A DNA stretch of 64,000 bases from Dehalococcoidia bacterium (lineage in GTDB: Bacteria; Chloroflexota; Dehalococcoidia; Bin125), in assembly GCA_965207695.1 (NCBI GenBank), contig CBDBNA010000011.1, forward strand, positions 4,193 to 68,192, written 5' to 3'. Shown one piece after another: positions 29,481 through 37,788 of the stretch. The notes beneath the pieces were generated by a model, which was given only the letters and a program-made list of their open reading frames with translations, had not been told where the DNA came from and made no database searches. Positions within the stretch are counted from its first letter, which is position 1. Each line of letters opens with the position of its first letter. The position numbers and the translations under genes are program-made.

Positions 29481-29599
29481 GGCTCGAACCGTTCGTTTTG
29501 GGGCCCAGGATCCCCCTCCGCGATGCGCCGACGCCGATGTGAAGGGGCCCCGGCTGCCGGGCGGGTTGCCCTACGATGCACGGCGGATTAGGAGCCCCC

Positions 29600-30496
29600 A
29601 TGTCCGACACCGAACAGGCCGCCTCCGCGGCTGTCCCCCCCGTCCGCACGCTGGCCGTCATCGGCGCGGGCAGCATGGGCCATGGCATCGCGCAGACGGC
29701 CGCGCTGGCGGGCATCACGACGATCCTCCACGACGTCGACCAGCCCGCCGTCGACCGGGGCGTGGCCGGCATTGAGGTCGGCCTGGCGCGAATGGTCGCG
29801 CGCGACCGCCTCAGCGCCGATGAGCGCGACGCGACGCTCGGCCGCCTCCACGCCACGACCGACCTGGAGGCCGCGGCAGACGCGGACGCCGTCATCGAGG
29901 CCGCGCCGGAACGGCTGGCGCTGAAGCAGGAGATCTTCGCCCGGGTGGACGCGCTCTGCGAGCGGGCGATCTTCCTGGCCAGCAACACCTCGTCGCTGTC
30001 GTTGCAGGCCATCGCCGCGAGCACGGCCCGTCCCGAGCGCGTCTTGGGCCTGCACTACTTCAACCCGGCCCAGGTTCTGCCCCTGGTAGAGGTCGTGAGC
30101 CCGATGACCGTCGATCCGGCCGCCGTCGACGCGGCCGAGGCCTACTGCCGCGCGACCGGCAAGACGCCGATCCGCGTCCAGGACACGCCGGCGTTCGTCG
30201 TCAACCGGCTGTTCGTCCCCTTCGCGCTCGACGCGATCCGGCTGCTGGAGTCGGGCGTCGCCTCGGCGGAGGACATCGACCGGGCCTGCCAGCTCGGCGT
30301 GGCGCACAAGATGGGCCCCCTGGCGACGTGCGACCTCTCCGGCCTCGACGTGCTCCTCGACGTCGCCGACGCGATGCGGGCCGAGACCGGCGACGCTCGC
30401 TGGAACGCGCCCACCCTGCTGCGCCGCCTCGTGTCGGCGGGGCGCCTCGGGCGCAAGACCGGACGCGGCATCTTCGATTACTCGGAAGTCGGCTAG
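29600..30496 (+). CDS. hbd: 3-hydroxyacyl-CoA / 3-hydroxybutyryl-CoA dehydrogenase
   Basis: NAD-binding VIGAGSMGHGIAQ, and the catalytic region SNTSSL...HYFNPA (HFFNP motif). ATG with GGAG 9 nt upstream. Confidence 0.85.
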   Translation: MSDTEQAASAAVPPVRTLAVIGAGSMGHGIAQTAALAGITTILHDVDQPAVDRGVAGIEVGLARMVARDRLSADERDATLGRLHATTDLEAAADADAVIEAAPERLALKQEIFARVDALCERAIFLASNTSSLSLQAIAASTARPERVLGLHYFNPAQVLPLVEVVSPMTVDPAAVDAAEAYCRATGKTPIRVQDTPAFVVNRLFVPFALDAIRLLESGVASAEDIDRACQLGVAHKMGPLATCDLSGLDVLLDVADAMRAETGDARWNAPTLLRRLVSAGRLGRKTGRGIFDYSEVG

Positions 30497-30537
30497 TCTG
30501 ACCCCCGGCCGACGCAAGCAGCGCCGATACCAAGGCC

Positions 30538-31737
30538 ATGACGAGAGGAGACGCCGTGCCCGGGCCGCTCGACGGAATTCGCATTCTCGACTTCTCGCGC
30601 TTCCAGCAGGGGCCGGCCGCCACCGTCATGCTCTCCGACCTCGGCGCGGACGTGATCAAGGTCGAGCCGCCCGGCGGCGGCGACCTCGGGCGCAGCCTCG
30701 GCCTCGAACCCGACGGCTGGTGCTCGTACTTCGAGGCGCATAACCGCAACAAACGCTCTATGACGCTCAACCTCAAGGCGCCGCGGAGTCTGGACATCCT
30801 GCAAAAGTTGATCCCCGAAATCGATGTCGTAGTGGATAATTTCCGGCCCGGCGTATCGGCGCGGTTGGGCATCGACCTGGAATCGCTGCGTCCGTATAAC
30901 CCCATGATCATCACCGCCAGCGGGACGGGTTACGGCGAACGCGGACCGATTGCCCAGGAGCCCTCGTTCGATATCAACGGCATGGCGATGGGCGGCATCA
31001 TGTATTCGCAGGGCGGCGGCCCCGACCGGCCGCCGGAGACCGTGCAGCTCGGCTTCGCCGATCAGGTCGGCGCGATGAGCCTCGCCCTCGCCATCGTGTC
31101 CGCGATCGTCGCCCGCGACCGCCAGGGCGTCGGCCAGCACGTCGAGTCGTCGCTGCTGGGCGCGCAGATCAGCCTGCAAACCTGGTACATCACCGACTTC
31201 CTGCGGCGCGGCGAGCAGGGCCCCACGCCGCAGCGGCGGATGCCCATCTTCAACTACTACCGCGCCGCCGACGACCGCTACCTGACCATCGCCATCCTGG
31301 ACCCGCGCTGGTTCCGGCCGCTCTGCGAGGTCCTGGGCCGCCCCCACCTGGCCGATGATCCTCGGTTCACCGACGCGTTCGCGCGCCAGGAGCAGCGCGA
31401 CGTGCTCATGGCGGAGCTGGACGCCGTCTTCGCCGAGCGCCCCCGCGACGAGTGGCTGCAGGTGCTGCGCGAGGCCGGTATCCCGGTCGCGCCCGTGCAC
31501 GACTACGCCGCCGTGACCGAAGATCCGCAGGTGCTCGCCAACGAGTACATCACGACGCTGGAGCATCCGTCGCTGGGCACGATCGGCGTGACCGGCACGC
31601 CGATCAAGATGTCGGAGACGCCGACCGGGCCGCGCGCCACCGCCCCGGAACTCGGCTTGCACACCGAGGAGATCCTGCTCGGCCTCGGTTACGACTGGGA
31701 CGACATCGCCGCGCTCAAGGACGAGGGTGTGATCTGA
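30538..31737 (+). CDS. CoA transferase, family III (CaiB/BaiF)
   Basis: GIRILDFSRFQQGPAATVMLSDLGADVIKVE and conserved family III core motifs. Confidence 0.85.
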   Translation: MTRGDAVPGPLDGIRILDFSRFQQGPAATVMLSDLGADVIKVEPPGGGDLGRSLGLEPDGWCSYFEAHNRNKRSMTLNLKAPRSLDILQKLIPEIDVVVDNFRPGVSARLGIDLESLRPYNPMIITASGTGYGERGPIAQEPSFDINGMAMGGIMYSQGGGPDRPPETVQLGFADQVGAMSLALAIVSAIVARDRQGVGQHVESSLLGAQISLQTWYITDFLRRGEQGPTPQRRMPIFNYYRAADDRYLTIAILDPRWFRPLCEVLGRPHLADDPRFTDAFARQEQRDVLMAELDAVFAERPRDEWLQVLREAGIPVAPVHDYAAVTEDPQVLANEYITTLEHPSLGTIGVTGTPIKMSETPTGPRATAPELGLHTEEILLGLGYDWDDIAALKDEGVI

Positions 31738-31870
31738 TCCGCCGTTCCTGTTGCGGCGTTTTCGTATCGACCGCCCGCCTGCGTCAAGCGCGTGGTATAT
31801 TCGCGCGGCAGTGAAACGTCCGGCGCGACTCCGTCCCCCTTGGCGTAAGCCGCGCTGGGCAAACGCAGAA

Positions 31871-32677
31871 ATGGATGTTGTCACCGTGAACGATACGCAA
31901 TCCGAATCGACCGCCGCCGCTAAGGCCCGGCAGCCCGCATACGTCAGCTACCCGATGTTCGAGGCCTGCCTCGACTGGCTGGGCGGCATGGACCCCGTCC
32001 CCGCCCAGATCGACCGCCCGCAGTGGAGCGCGCGCTTCGGCGGCGCCAGCGGTGCCCAACTGCTGGTCGGCCTGCGTTCGCTGGGCCTGCTCGACGGCGG
32101 CGCGCCGACGACCGCCCTCGTCGACCTGGCCAAGGCCTCCGGCGACGCCAGGCAGGAACAGCTGCGCGCCGTCCTGCGCACCGCCTACGGCGACGACCTC
32201 GTCGACAACCTCGCCGGCATGAGCCTCGCATCGGTCGAGGAGGCGATCCGCGCGCTGGGCACGACCGACGCCACCCATCGCCGCGCCCTGCCCTTCTTCA
32301 TCAACGCCGCCAAGGCCGCCGGCATCGAGATGCAGGACGAAGTCTCGAAGCGCGCCCGCAAGCGGCGCAGCGACGCGGGCGTGAAGCGGGCCGGGAAGAA
32401 GGCCGCGAAGAAGGCTGCCAAGAAGCGCGCCCCCGCGGCCAAGCGCGGCCGCAAGCGCCGGGCGCGCAAGGCGCCGGCGGCTCCTGCCCCCGCCCCCCCG
32501 CCCCCGCCCGCTCCGGAGCCGCCCGCCCCGCCCGCCGCGCCGAAGGACTACGGCGTCGTCAACGCGATCGTCAGCCGGCTGCCGGCCGACGGCATCTGGA
32601 CGGCCGAGGCCCGCGCCCAGTGGCTGGCCGCCCTGACGGCCGTGGTCGACCTCGAGGTCGGCGTCTCCGACGGCTGA
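31871..32677 (+). CDS. Hypothetical protein with a Lys/Ala/Pro-rich histone-H1-like basic tail
   Basis: Ordered N-terminal domain, then KRARKRRSDAGVKRAGKKAAKKAAKKRAPAAKRGRKRRARK...PAPAPPPPPAPEPPAPP, then a short ordered C-terminus. ATG at 31871. Confidence 0.5.
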   Translation: MDVVTVNDTQSESTAAAKARQPAYVSYPMFEACLDWLGGMDPVPAQIDRPQWSARFGGASGAQLLVGLRSLGLLDGGAPTTALVDLAKASGDARQEQLRAVLRTAYGDDLVDNLAGMSLASVEEAIRALGTTDATHRRALPFFINAAKAAGIEMQDEVSKRARKRRSDAGVKRAGKKAAKKAAKKRAPAAKRGRKRRARKAPAAPAPAPPPPPAPEPPAPPAAPKDYGVVNAIVSRLPADGIWTAEARAQWLAALTAVVDLEVGVSDG

Positions 32678-32729
32678 GCCCGATGCAGCCGTTTGACGCT
32701 GCCCCGCCTCCCCGGGAGGATCGGGGGGC

Positions 32730-33488
32730 ATGGCTCGCACCACTCGCCTGAAGCGACGGCTGGTCCGGCGCCCCGACCCCGCGGCGTCCCGTCGGACGAC
32801 GCTGCCCTGGCGGCGGCGCTACCGGCTGCTGGTACAACTCGGCGCGCTGGCCAGCCTGGCCGTGGTGCTGGTGGCCGTAGTGCTGCTGTTCCCCCGCACT
32901 GACGACGGCCCCACCGCGCGCGAGGAGCGGGCGCTAGCGGAACTGTCCCTCGCGCGGTCGATCGATGTCGCGCCGGCCGACTTGCCCGCCGACTGGGGCC
33001 CGACGGGCCTGGGCTTCGGCCTCTGGGTCAACCTGCGCCGCAGCAACCTCGGCGCCGCCACCGCCTTCGCCGACTCCCCCTCGGGTGGCGGCCAGGGCTG
33101 GGCCTCCAGCGACCCCGCCGCGCGCATCGACATCAGCACGGGCATCATCATCGGCGATGACGAGGCCCAGGCCGCCGCCGCCCTCGCGCGCCTGCGGGAG
33201 GCCACCCCCGCCGAAACCGCCGCCTACGTCGAGCCCACCCACCACCAGGTGCTCGGTATGACCGTGCTCCCCACCGACGACGCGCGTACCTTCGCCTTCG
33301 CCCTCGAATTCCGCCGCAACACCGTCGAGAGCCGCATGACCGTCTACTGGCGGCAGGTGGGCCGCTCGCTCATCTTCGCCGCCCAGATCAGCGCCCGCGC
33401 CGCCGGGCCCATCCCCTGGCAGCCCGACCTGCCCTCCAGGCTCGACGACATCACCGCCTCCGTCGAGGCGGCCTCGGCCGGGCCCTAG
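32730..33488 (+). CDS. Membrane-anchored hypothetical protein (N-terminal TM helix, extracytoplasmic domain)
   Basis: Basic N-terminus followed by a TM helix (LVQLGALASLAVVLVAVVLLF). Protein-like composition. Confidence 0.5.
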   Translation: MARTTRLKRRLVRRPDPAASRRTTLPWRRRYRLLVQLGALASLAVVLVAVVLLFPRTDDGPTAREERALAELSLARSIDVAPADLPADWGPTGLGFGLWVNLRRSNLGAATAFADSPSGGGQGWASSDPAARIDISTGIIIGDDEAQAAAALARLREATPAETAAYVEPTHHQVLGMTVLPTDDARTFAFALEFRRNTVESRMTVYWRQVGRSLIFAAQISARAAGPIPWQPDLPSRLDDITASVEAASAGP

Positions 33489-35077
33489 GGCAGCGGCACG
33501 ACCAGGTCCGTGTCCGCCGAGGTGACCACCCAGAAGGCGTCGCCGCGGACGATGGCGATGTCGGCGCGCAGCCGCGGCGGCAAGCCGGGGCTGTCGAGGC
33601 GCCAGCCGTTGACCTGATCCCAGACCCAGATCCGGACGATCGCCGGGTTGCCGTCGATGATCGCGCGGGAACTGCTGGGCGTGCCGAACCAGCCGACCAG
33701 CGAGAAGCCGGCCGGCAGCGGGACCAGCGCCTGGTTCAGGTGGTCGTTGTCGGTGATGGTGACGTCGAGCGTGACGACGCCCAGCCCCGCGCCGGTGGCG
33801 ATGTGGTGGATGTGGTGGACGTGCTCGCCCTCGTCGCGGTCGTCATCGATCGCCTCGACCAGCACGGTCCGCGGCTGCGCCCAGTCGCGCGGCTGGAACA
33901 CGATCCGGATCGGGCTGACGCGCAGGTCGTCCTCGGCCTGGATGGAGACGGTGACGGGGACGGACGGACGCCGGCGCAGCGCGACGGTGTAGGTGTCGTG
34001 GCCGCCGTCCTCGGCGACGGCCGTGCCGCCGCCGGACTCCGTGATGTGCACCGCGGGCGAATGATCGTCGGCGATGGGGATGGGGACTTCGACCGCGGGG
34101 GCGCTGCGCGGCCCGGTCTTGAGCGTGAAGGTGAGGACGCCGGTGTGATCGCCTTCGGGATCGTCGTCATCGACCGCGAAGACGGCGAACTCGACCAGGC
34201 TGTTCCAGTTGGAGGCGTCGAAGCGGAACTCCGAGCTGGAGACGGTGAGCTCGTCGTCCGGCGTGACGGTCACGGTCGCATCGCCGCCGGGGTTCGCGCT
34301 CAGACGCAGGGAGACGAAGTCGGGGCGGCCCCCCTCGATCAACTCCGTGCTGCCGCCGGAGTGCGTGACGATGATGGTGAAACTGTCGTCGCCGATGATG
34401 GTGACGGACAGCGGGTGGTTGCCGGAGCCGGTGTAGCCGCCCCCCGTCGCGGCATGGGTGATGACGATGTCGCGGGTGCCGGCGCGGCGCGGATCGTCGC
34501 GGGCCCTCAGCGTGACCCGTTTGGGCGTGGCGTAGTCGGCGGCGGAGAAGCGCAGCGTGTGGGGCGAGATCTCGATGTGCTCGGCGCCGGAGATCGCGAT
34601 CGTCACGGGGCCGGTGGGGCGCATGCTCAGCGCGACGGTGTAGACGCCCGAGGTGCCGCGCTCGGTGAGGCGGAGGCCGGCAACCCCCCCGAACGTCAGG
34701 CTGGGCACGACGTAGGTGAAGGCGCCCACGCCGGCGCCGGCGCTGACGCCGTCGGGGCTGGTGACGACGACGTCGATGAGGCCGGCCCGCGAGACGGTCG
34801 GCACGGTGGCTTCGATCGCCCGGTCGTTGCGGACGCTGAACTCGGCCCGGCGTCCCTCGAAGGTGACGGCGGTCGCGGCGGTGAAGTGCTCCCCGGTGAT
34901 GGTGACGACGGTTCCCGCGAGGCCCGTGTCGGGCGTGACGCCGGTGACGACGGGCGGCCCGACGGCCCCGACGGCGGCGGGCGAGAGCGCCGCGCCGGCC
35001 AAAACGGCGCCGATCAGGAGCAGCAGGGCACGCCAAGGCATCGATCGGATCGCTTTCCCGCCGACCCGGCGACGCAT
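33485..35077 (-). CDS. Secreted IPT/TIG-domain protein with Ig-like repeats and one copy of the recurrent C-terminal domain
   Basis: Signal peptide, an IPT/TIG-like N-terminal domain (PVVTGVTPDTGLAGTVVTITGEHF), and a GFSLVGWFG...WVWD...GDAFWVV C-terminal module. The start could be M1 or M13. Confidence 0.75.
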   Translation of the reverse strand: MRRRVGGKAIRSMPWRALLLLIGAVLAGAALSPAAVGAVGPPVVTGVTPDTGLAGTVVTITGEHFTAATAVTFEGRRAEFSVRNDRAIEATVPTVSRAGLIDVVVTSPDGVSAGAGVGAFTYVVPSLTFGGVAGLRLTERGTSGVYTVALSMRPTGPVTIAISGAEHIEISPHTLRFSAADYATPKRVTLRARDDPRRAGTRDIVITHAATGGGYTGSGNHPLSVTIIGDDSFTIIVTHSGGSTELIEGGRPDFVSLRLSANPGGDATVTVTPDDELTVSSSEFRFDASNWNSLVEFAVFAVDDDDPEGDHTGVLTFTLKTGPRSAPAVEVPIPIADDHSPAVHITESGGGTAVAEDGGHDTYTVALRRRPSVPVTVSIQAEDDLRVSPIRIVFQPRDWAQPRTVLVEAIDDDRDEGEHVHHIHHIATGAGLGVVTLDVTITDNDHLNQALVPLPAGFSLVGWFGTPSSSRAIIDGNPAIVRIWVWDQVNGWRLDSPGLPPRLRADIAIVRGDAFWVVTSADTDLVVPLP

Positions 35078-35184
35078 GATCGCTCCGTCCGTCTCATTCT
35101 AGAGCCTGTTCACAACCGCGCCAGGCATCGCGGATGAGGGCGAAGCCGGGCCGCTGGGGGGGTCATGGGCCTCGAAATGCAAGG

Positions 35185-35485
35185 AGTTTTTTTTCTGCGG
35201 GGCGCCCGGCGAGAGGCTGCGAGGAGAAAACCGCCATGTTCATTGGCGATCTTGCTCGGTCACGCTGGAGCATCGGCGGTCATGGGCGTGCACTGGCGTG
35301 CACCGGCGCGCATTTGGGAGCATTGGGGAGCACGAACCTGCACGCACTTTCACGCACTTTCACGTTCTTTCACGTTCTTTCACGGGCTCAGGCGAGTCCG
35401 CGGGGGGCGCGCCGGGCCGGTGTCAGAACACGCGATATGCGTTCCATGAACGCAATATAGTGGATGGCACCAGGGAAGGCAAGCC
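35185..35485. repeat. Right copy of the inverted promoter-plus-leader module (IR-B)
   Basis: Reverse complement matches IR-A. It carries CTTTCACG-type tandem repeats x4-5 at 35337-35394 and a T8 run at 35187-35194. The promoter TTGCCT-17-TATATT is on the minus strand at about 35454-35482. Confidence 0.8.
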
Positions 35486-35578
35486 CTCGCCCATGGCGAC
35501 GCGGCGGAGCCGCCGGTCGGGTAGACTAGTGTGGCTCACCCGGGCGCCCGGTCACCGGACGAAGTAAGGCAGGACGGC

Positions 35579-36292
35579 ATGGTCACCGCCGCCAAGATCG
35601 ACCCCAAGTCGCCCGTCTTCGCGCCGCGGTACTCGTACGCGGAAGCGGAGCGCCTGGCCGGCGTCTCCCGCGGGACCGCGAAGCGGTGGCTGAGGGGCTA
35701 CCACCACCGCGGGCCGGATGGCGAGCCGCGGTTCCGTGCGCCCGTGATCCCCGGGGAACGACTGGACGATGCGGATGGGTACGTCTCGTTCGCTGATCTC
35801 GTGGAAATCGCGGCGCTCAAGCGCTGGCGAGACCTGCGATGGCCCCCTCCCACGATCCGGAAGGTCGCCGAAGGATGCCGGCAGATCTTCGGAGTCGACC
35901 GGCCGCTGATCACGGAGCGCTTCCAGCGGGAGGCCCCAGGCGTCTTCGCGGACGCGATCGCCCATTTCGCCGATCTGTCCCCCCGGCAGCGCAAGCAGGC
36001 GTGGGAGACGATGCGGGCCTTTGTGGACACCCTGGACTACGAGGGCGATTTCGTTTCGGCTTGGTGGCCCCGTGGCAGGGATGTTCCGGTCGCCATCGAT
36101 CCCGACTACGGATTCGGGCTGCCGGTGGTGGTGTGCTCGGGGCTGCGCACGCTCCTGCGCACCGAGATCGTGCTGGAGCAGTTCCGCGCCGGCGAGACGG
36201 CGGCGGCGATCGCGGCGGACTACCGCCTTCCCGTGCGATCGATCACCGCGGCGATCGATTTCGAGGCGTCACTGTCTCCCGAGCCCGCATGA
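35579..36292 (+). CDS. DUF433-domain protein with an N-terminal HTH extension (antitoxin-like)
   Basis: C-terminal DUF433 signature (LRTEIVLEQFRAGETAAAIAADYRLPVRSITAAIDFEA) and an N-terminal HTH (YAEAERLAGVSRGTAKRWL). Confidence 0.65.
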   Translation: MVTAAKIDPKSPVFAPRYSYAEAERLAGVSRGTAKRWLRGYHHRGPDGEPRFRAPVIPGERLDDADGYVSFADLVEIAALKRWRDLRWPPPTIRKVAEGCRQIFGVDRPLITERFQREAPGVFADAIAHFADLSPRQRKQAWETMRAFVDTLDYEGDFVSAWWPRGRDVPVAIDPDYGFGLPVVVCSGLRTLLRTEIVLEQFRAGETAAAIAADYRLPVRSITAAIDFEASLSPEPA

Positions 36293-36681
36293 TCCTGATC
36301 GACGCGTCGGTCGCGCAGCGCGTCGCGCGGGAACTCGGCGAGGCTCGCGGCGACGTGCTGTCGGGCGCCGACATCTACCCGAGCGGCACCGAGGACACGA
36401 TCTGGCTCATGGAGGCCGGCGTCAACGGCTGGCTCGTGATCACACGGGACAAGAGGATCGTCAGGCGGCCGGCCGAGCGGCAAGCGATCCGGGATCACGC
36501 CGTCGGGGCGTTCATCATCGCGCAGAAGCGGGATCCGACGGCCGCGGAGTACCGGCGTATCATCTCCGCCACCCTCGCGAAGATGGAGGCCCTCTTCGAG
36601 AGCACGCCGCGTCCGTTCGTCTTCCGGATCGACTCGGAGTTGCAGTTCCGCCAGGTCCTCGCTGCGGAATCACCCTCGTAG
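36289..36681 (+). CDS. DUF5615 (Mut7-C / PIN-like) protein (toxin-like partner of DUF433)
   Basis: MILIDASV...GTEDTIWLMEAGVNGWLVITRDKRI pattern. ATGA overlap with the upstream DUF433 gene. Confidence 0.65.
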   Translation: MILIDASVAQRVARELGEARGDVLSGADIYPSGTEDTIWLMEAGVNGWLVITRDKRIVRRPAERQAIRDHAVGAFIIAQKRDPTAAEYRRIISATLAKMEALFESTPRPFVFRIDSELQFRQVLAAESPS

Positions 36682-36702
36682 CCCTCGGCCCTGCCCCCTG
36701 AC

Positions 36703-36761
36703 GCCGCCGCCGCGTCCCCCCTCTCCATCGTCCAGATGGAGAGGGGGACAGGGGGTGAGGT
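36703..36761. repeat. 57-bp hairpin repeat, copy 1 (CCCCCTCTCCATC-GTCCA-GATGGAGAGGGGG followed by ACAGGGGGTGAGGT)
   Basis: 13-bp perfect stem with a 5-nt loop. Three copies occur within 720 bp. Confidence 0.85.
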
Positions 36762-36777
36762 TTGGGGCGGCGCCGCG

Positions 36778-37032
36778 CTACAGGCGCGTCAGCAGGGCGA
36801 CGATGGCGGCGACGATCCCGGCGAACACCACGGACTGAATCACCATCCCCCGGTAGAGCTGGGCGCGCCATTCCTTGGTGTCGGCGCGAAGCTGCGCCCG
36901 GAACGCCGCGCGCTCCGCCCGAAGCTGCGCCCGGAACTTCGCGGACTCCGCCCGGAACGCCGCGAACTCCGCGCGCAGGATCTCCTGCGTCACCAGCGGG
37001 CTGGACGCGTCCCCCACCGTCACGATCGGCAC
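36778..37032 (-). CDS. XhlA-like small membrane-anchored coiled-coil protein (84 aa)
   Basis: N-terminal repeats AEFAAFRAESAKFRAQLRAERAAFRAQLRA followed by a C-terminal TM helix VVFAGIVAAIVALL. Confidence 0.5.
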   Translation of the reverse strand: MPIVTVGDASSPLVTQEILRAEFAAFRAESAKFRAQLRAERAAFRAQLRADTKEWRAQLYRGMVIQSVVFAGIVAAIVALLTRL

Positions 37033-37067
37033 TCCTTCGACTTCCCCCGGGCGGGCAGCCTAGCATC

Positions 37068-37124
37068 CCGCCGCCACGTCCCCCCTCTCCATCGTCCAGA
37101 TGGAGAGGGGGACAGGGGGTGAGG
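37068..37124. repeat. 57-bp hairpin repeat, copy 2
   Basis: Stem and loop identical to copy 1. It lies between the two divergent small genes. Confidence 0.85.
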
Positions 37125-37176
37125 TCCGGTCCCCGCTCCTGTATGATGGCCCCACAAGCGACCCGGAGGCGCACCC

Positions 37177-37365
37177 ATGGCCCAAGACGCGATCAGCCGA
37201 GCGGAACTCGACGCGGATCAAGCCCGCCAGGAAGTCTCGTTCACCGAGGCGATCTATCAGATGCGCGTCGACCTGCGGGCCGAGATGCACCAACTCGAAC
37301 GCCGCATCTACCTCGTGGTGGCGCTGGCGACGGGGCTCATCATCGGCGCGATGCAGATCAGCTAG
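37177..37365 (+). CDS. XhlA-like small membrane-anchored coiled-coil protein (62 aa)
   Basis: N-terminal helix followed by a C-terminal TM helix (YLVVALATGLIIGAM). Same architecture as its divergent neighbour. Confidence 0.45.
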   Translation: MAQDAISRAELDADQARQEVSFTEAIYQMRVDLRAEMHQLERRIYLVVALATGLIIGAMQIS

Positions 37366-37422
37366 CCGCCTCCACGTCCCCCCTCTCCATCCCCGATGGA
37401 GAGGGGGCCAGGGGGTGAGGTT
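37366..37422. repeat. 57-bp hairpin repeat, copy 3 (same stem, loop changed to CCCCG)
   Basis: Stem conserved and loop variant, followed by CCAGGGGGTGAGGT. Confidence 0.8.
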
Positions 37423-37788
37423 CCGGCCCCCCGACGTTTTACCCCCCGACCGTTGATTCCCCGGCGACCGCCCGCGACCCTCGACCCCATGGCCCCGCGA
37501 CGGCCGCCCGAGCGGCGTAAAACTCTAGTAAACCCCCCGAAAAGTGCGTCCGGTGCATTGCCCGCCTGCTCGGGGGGAGCCTATCTTTGCTGGGAATCAT
37601 CCCTGGGGCCCGTGTGAGGGCCCCCGCTGGGCGCGTGCCGCGTCCGCAACGCCCACGGTGAGGACCACCGCGGGCGACGACCAGGAAGGAGCTTGCTGCG
37701 ACAGCTCAACAGGAAACGGACCATGCCGGCCGCCAACGGCCGGGCTCTCACAACAAAGGGGAGAACAGCTTTGACTAAGCAAGGAATC

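Noticed and set aside
29300-29591. Small ORFs inside IR-A (80 aa; 17-aa MSVFCSPMLPNARRCKP; MGFSASPAL...) and the corresponding ORFs in IR-B (35134..35567)
   Set aside because: They lie within the duplicated leader and are not conserved in frame between the two copies. They are kept only as a remote possibility of a leader peptide.
36762-37456. ORFs of 218 and 118 aa starting with MERGTGGEV and related sequences
   Set aside because: Each starts at the ATG inside the hairpin repeat (ATGGAGAGGGGG) and reads through repeat copies and the antisense of the small genes. They are artifacts of the repeat.
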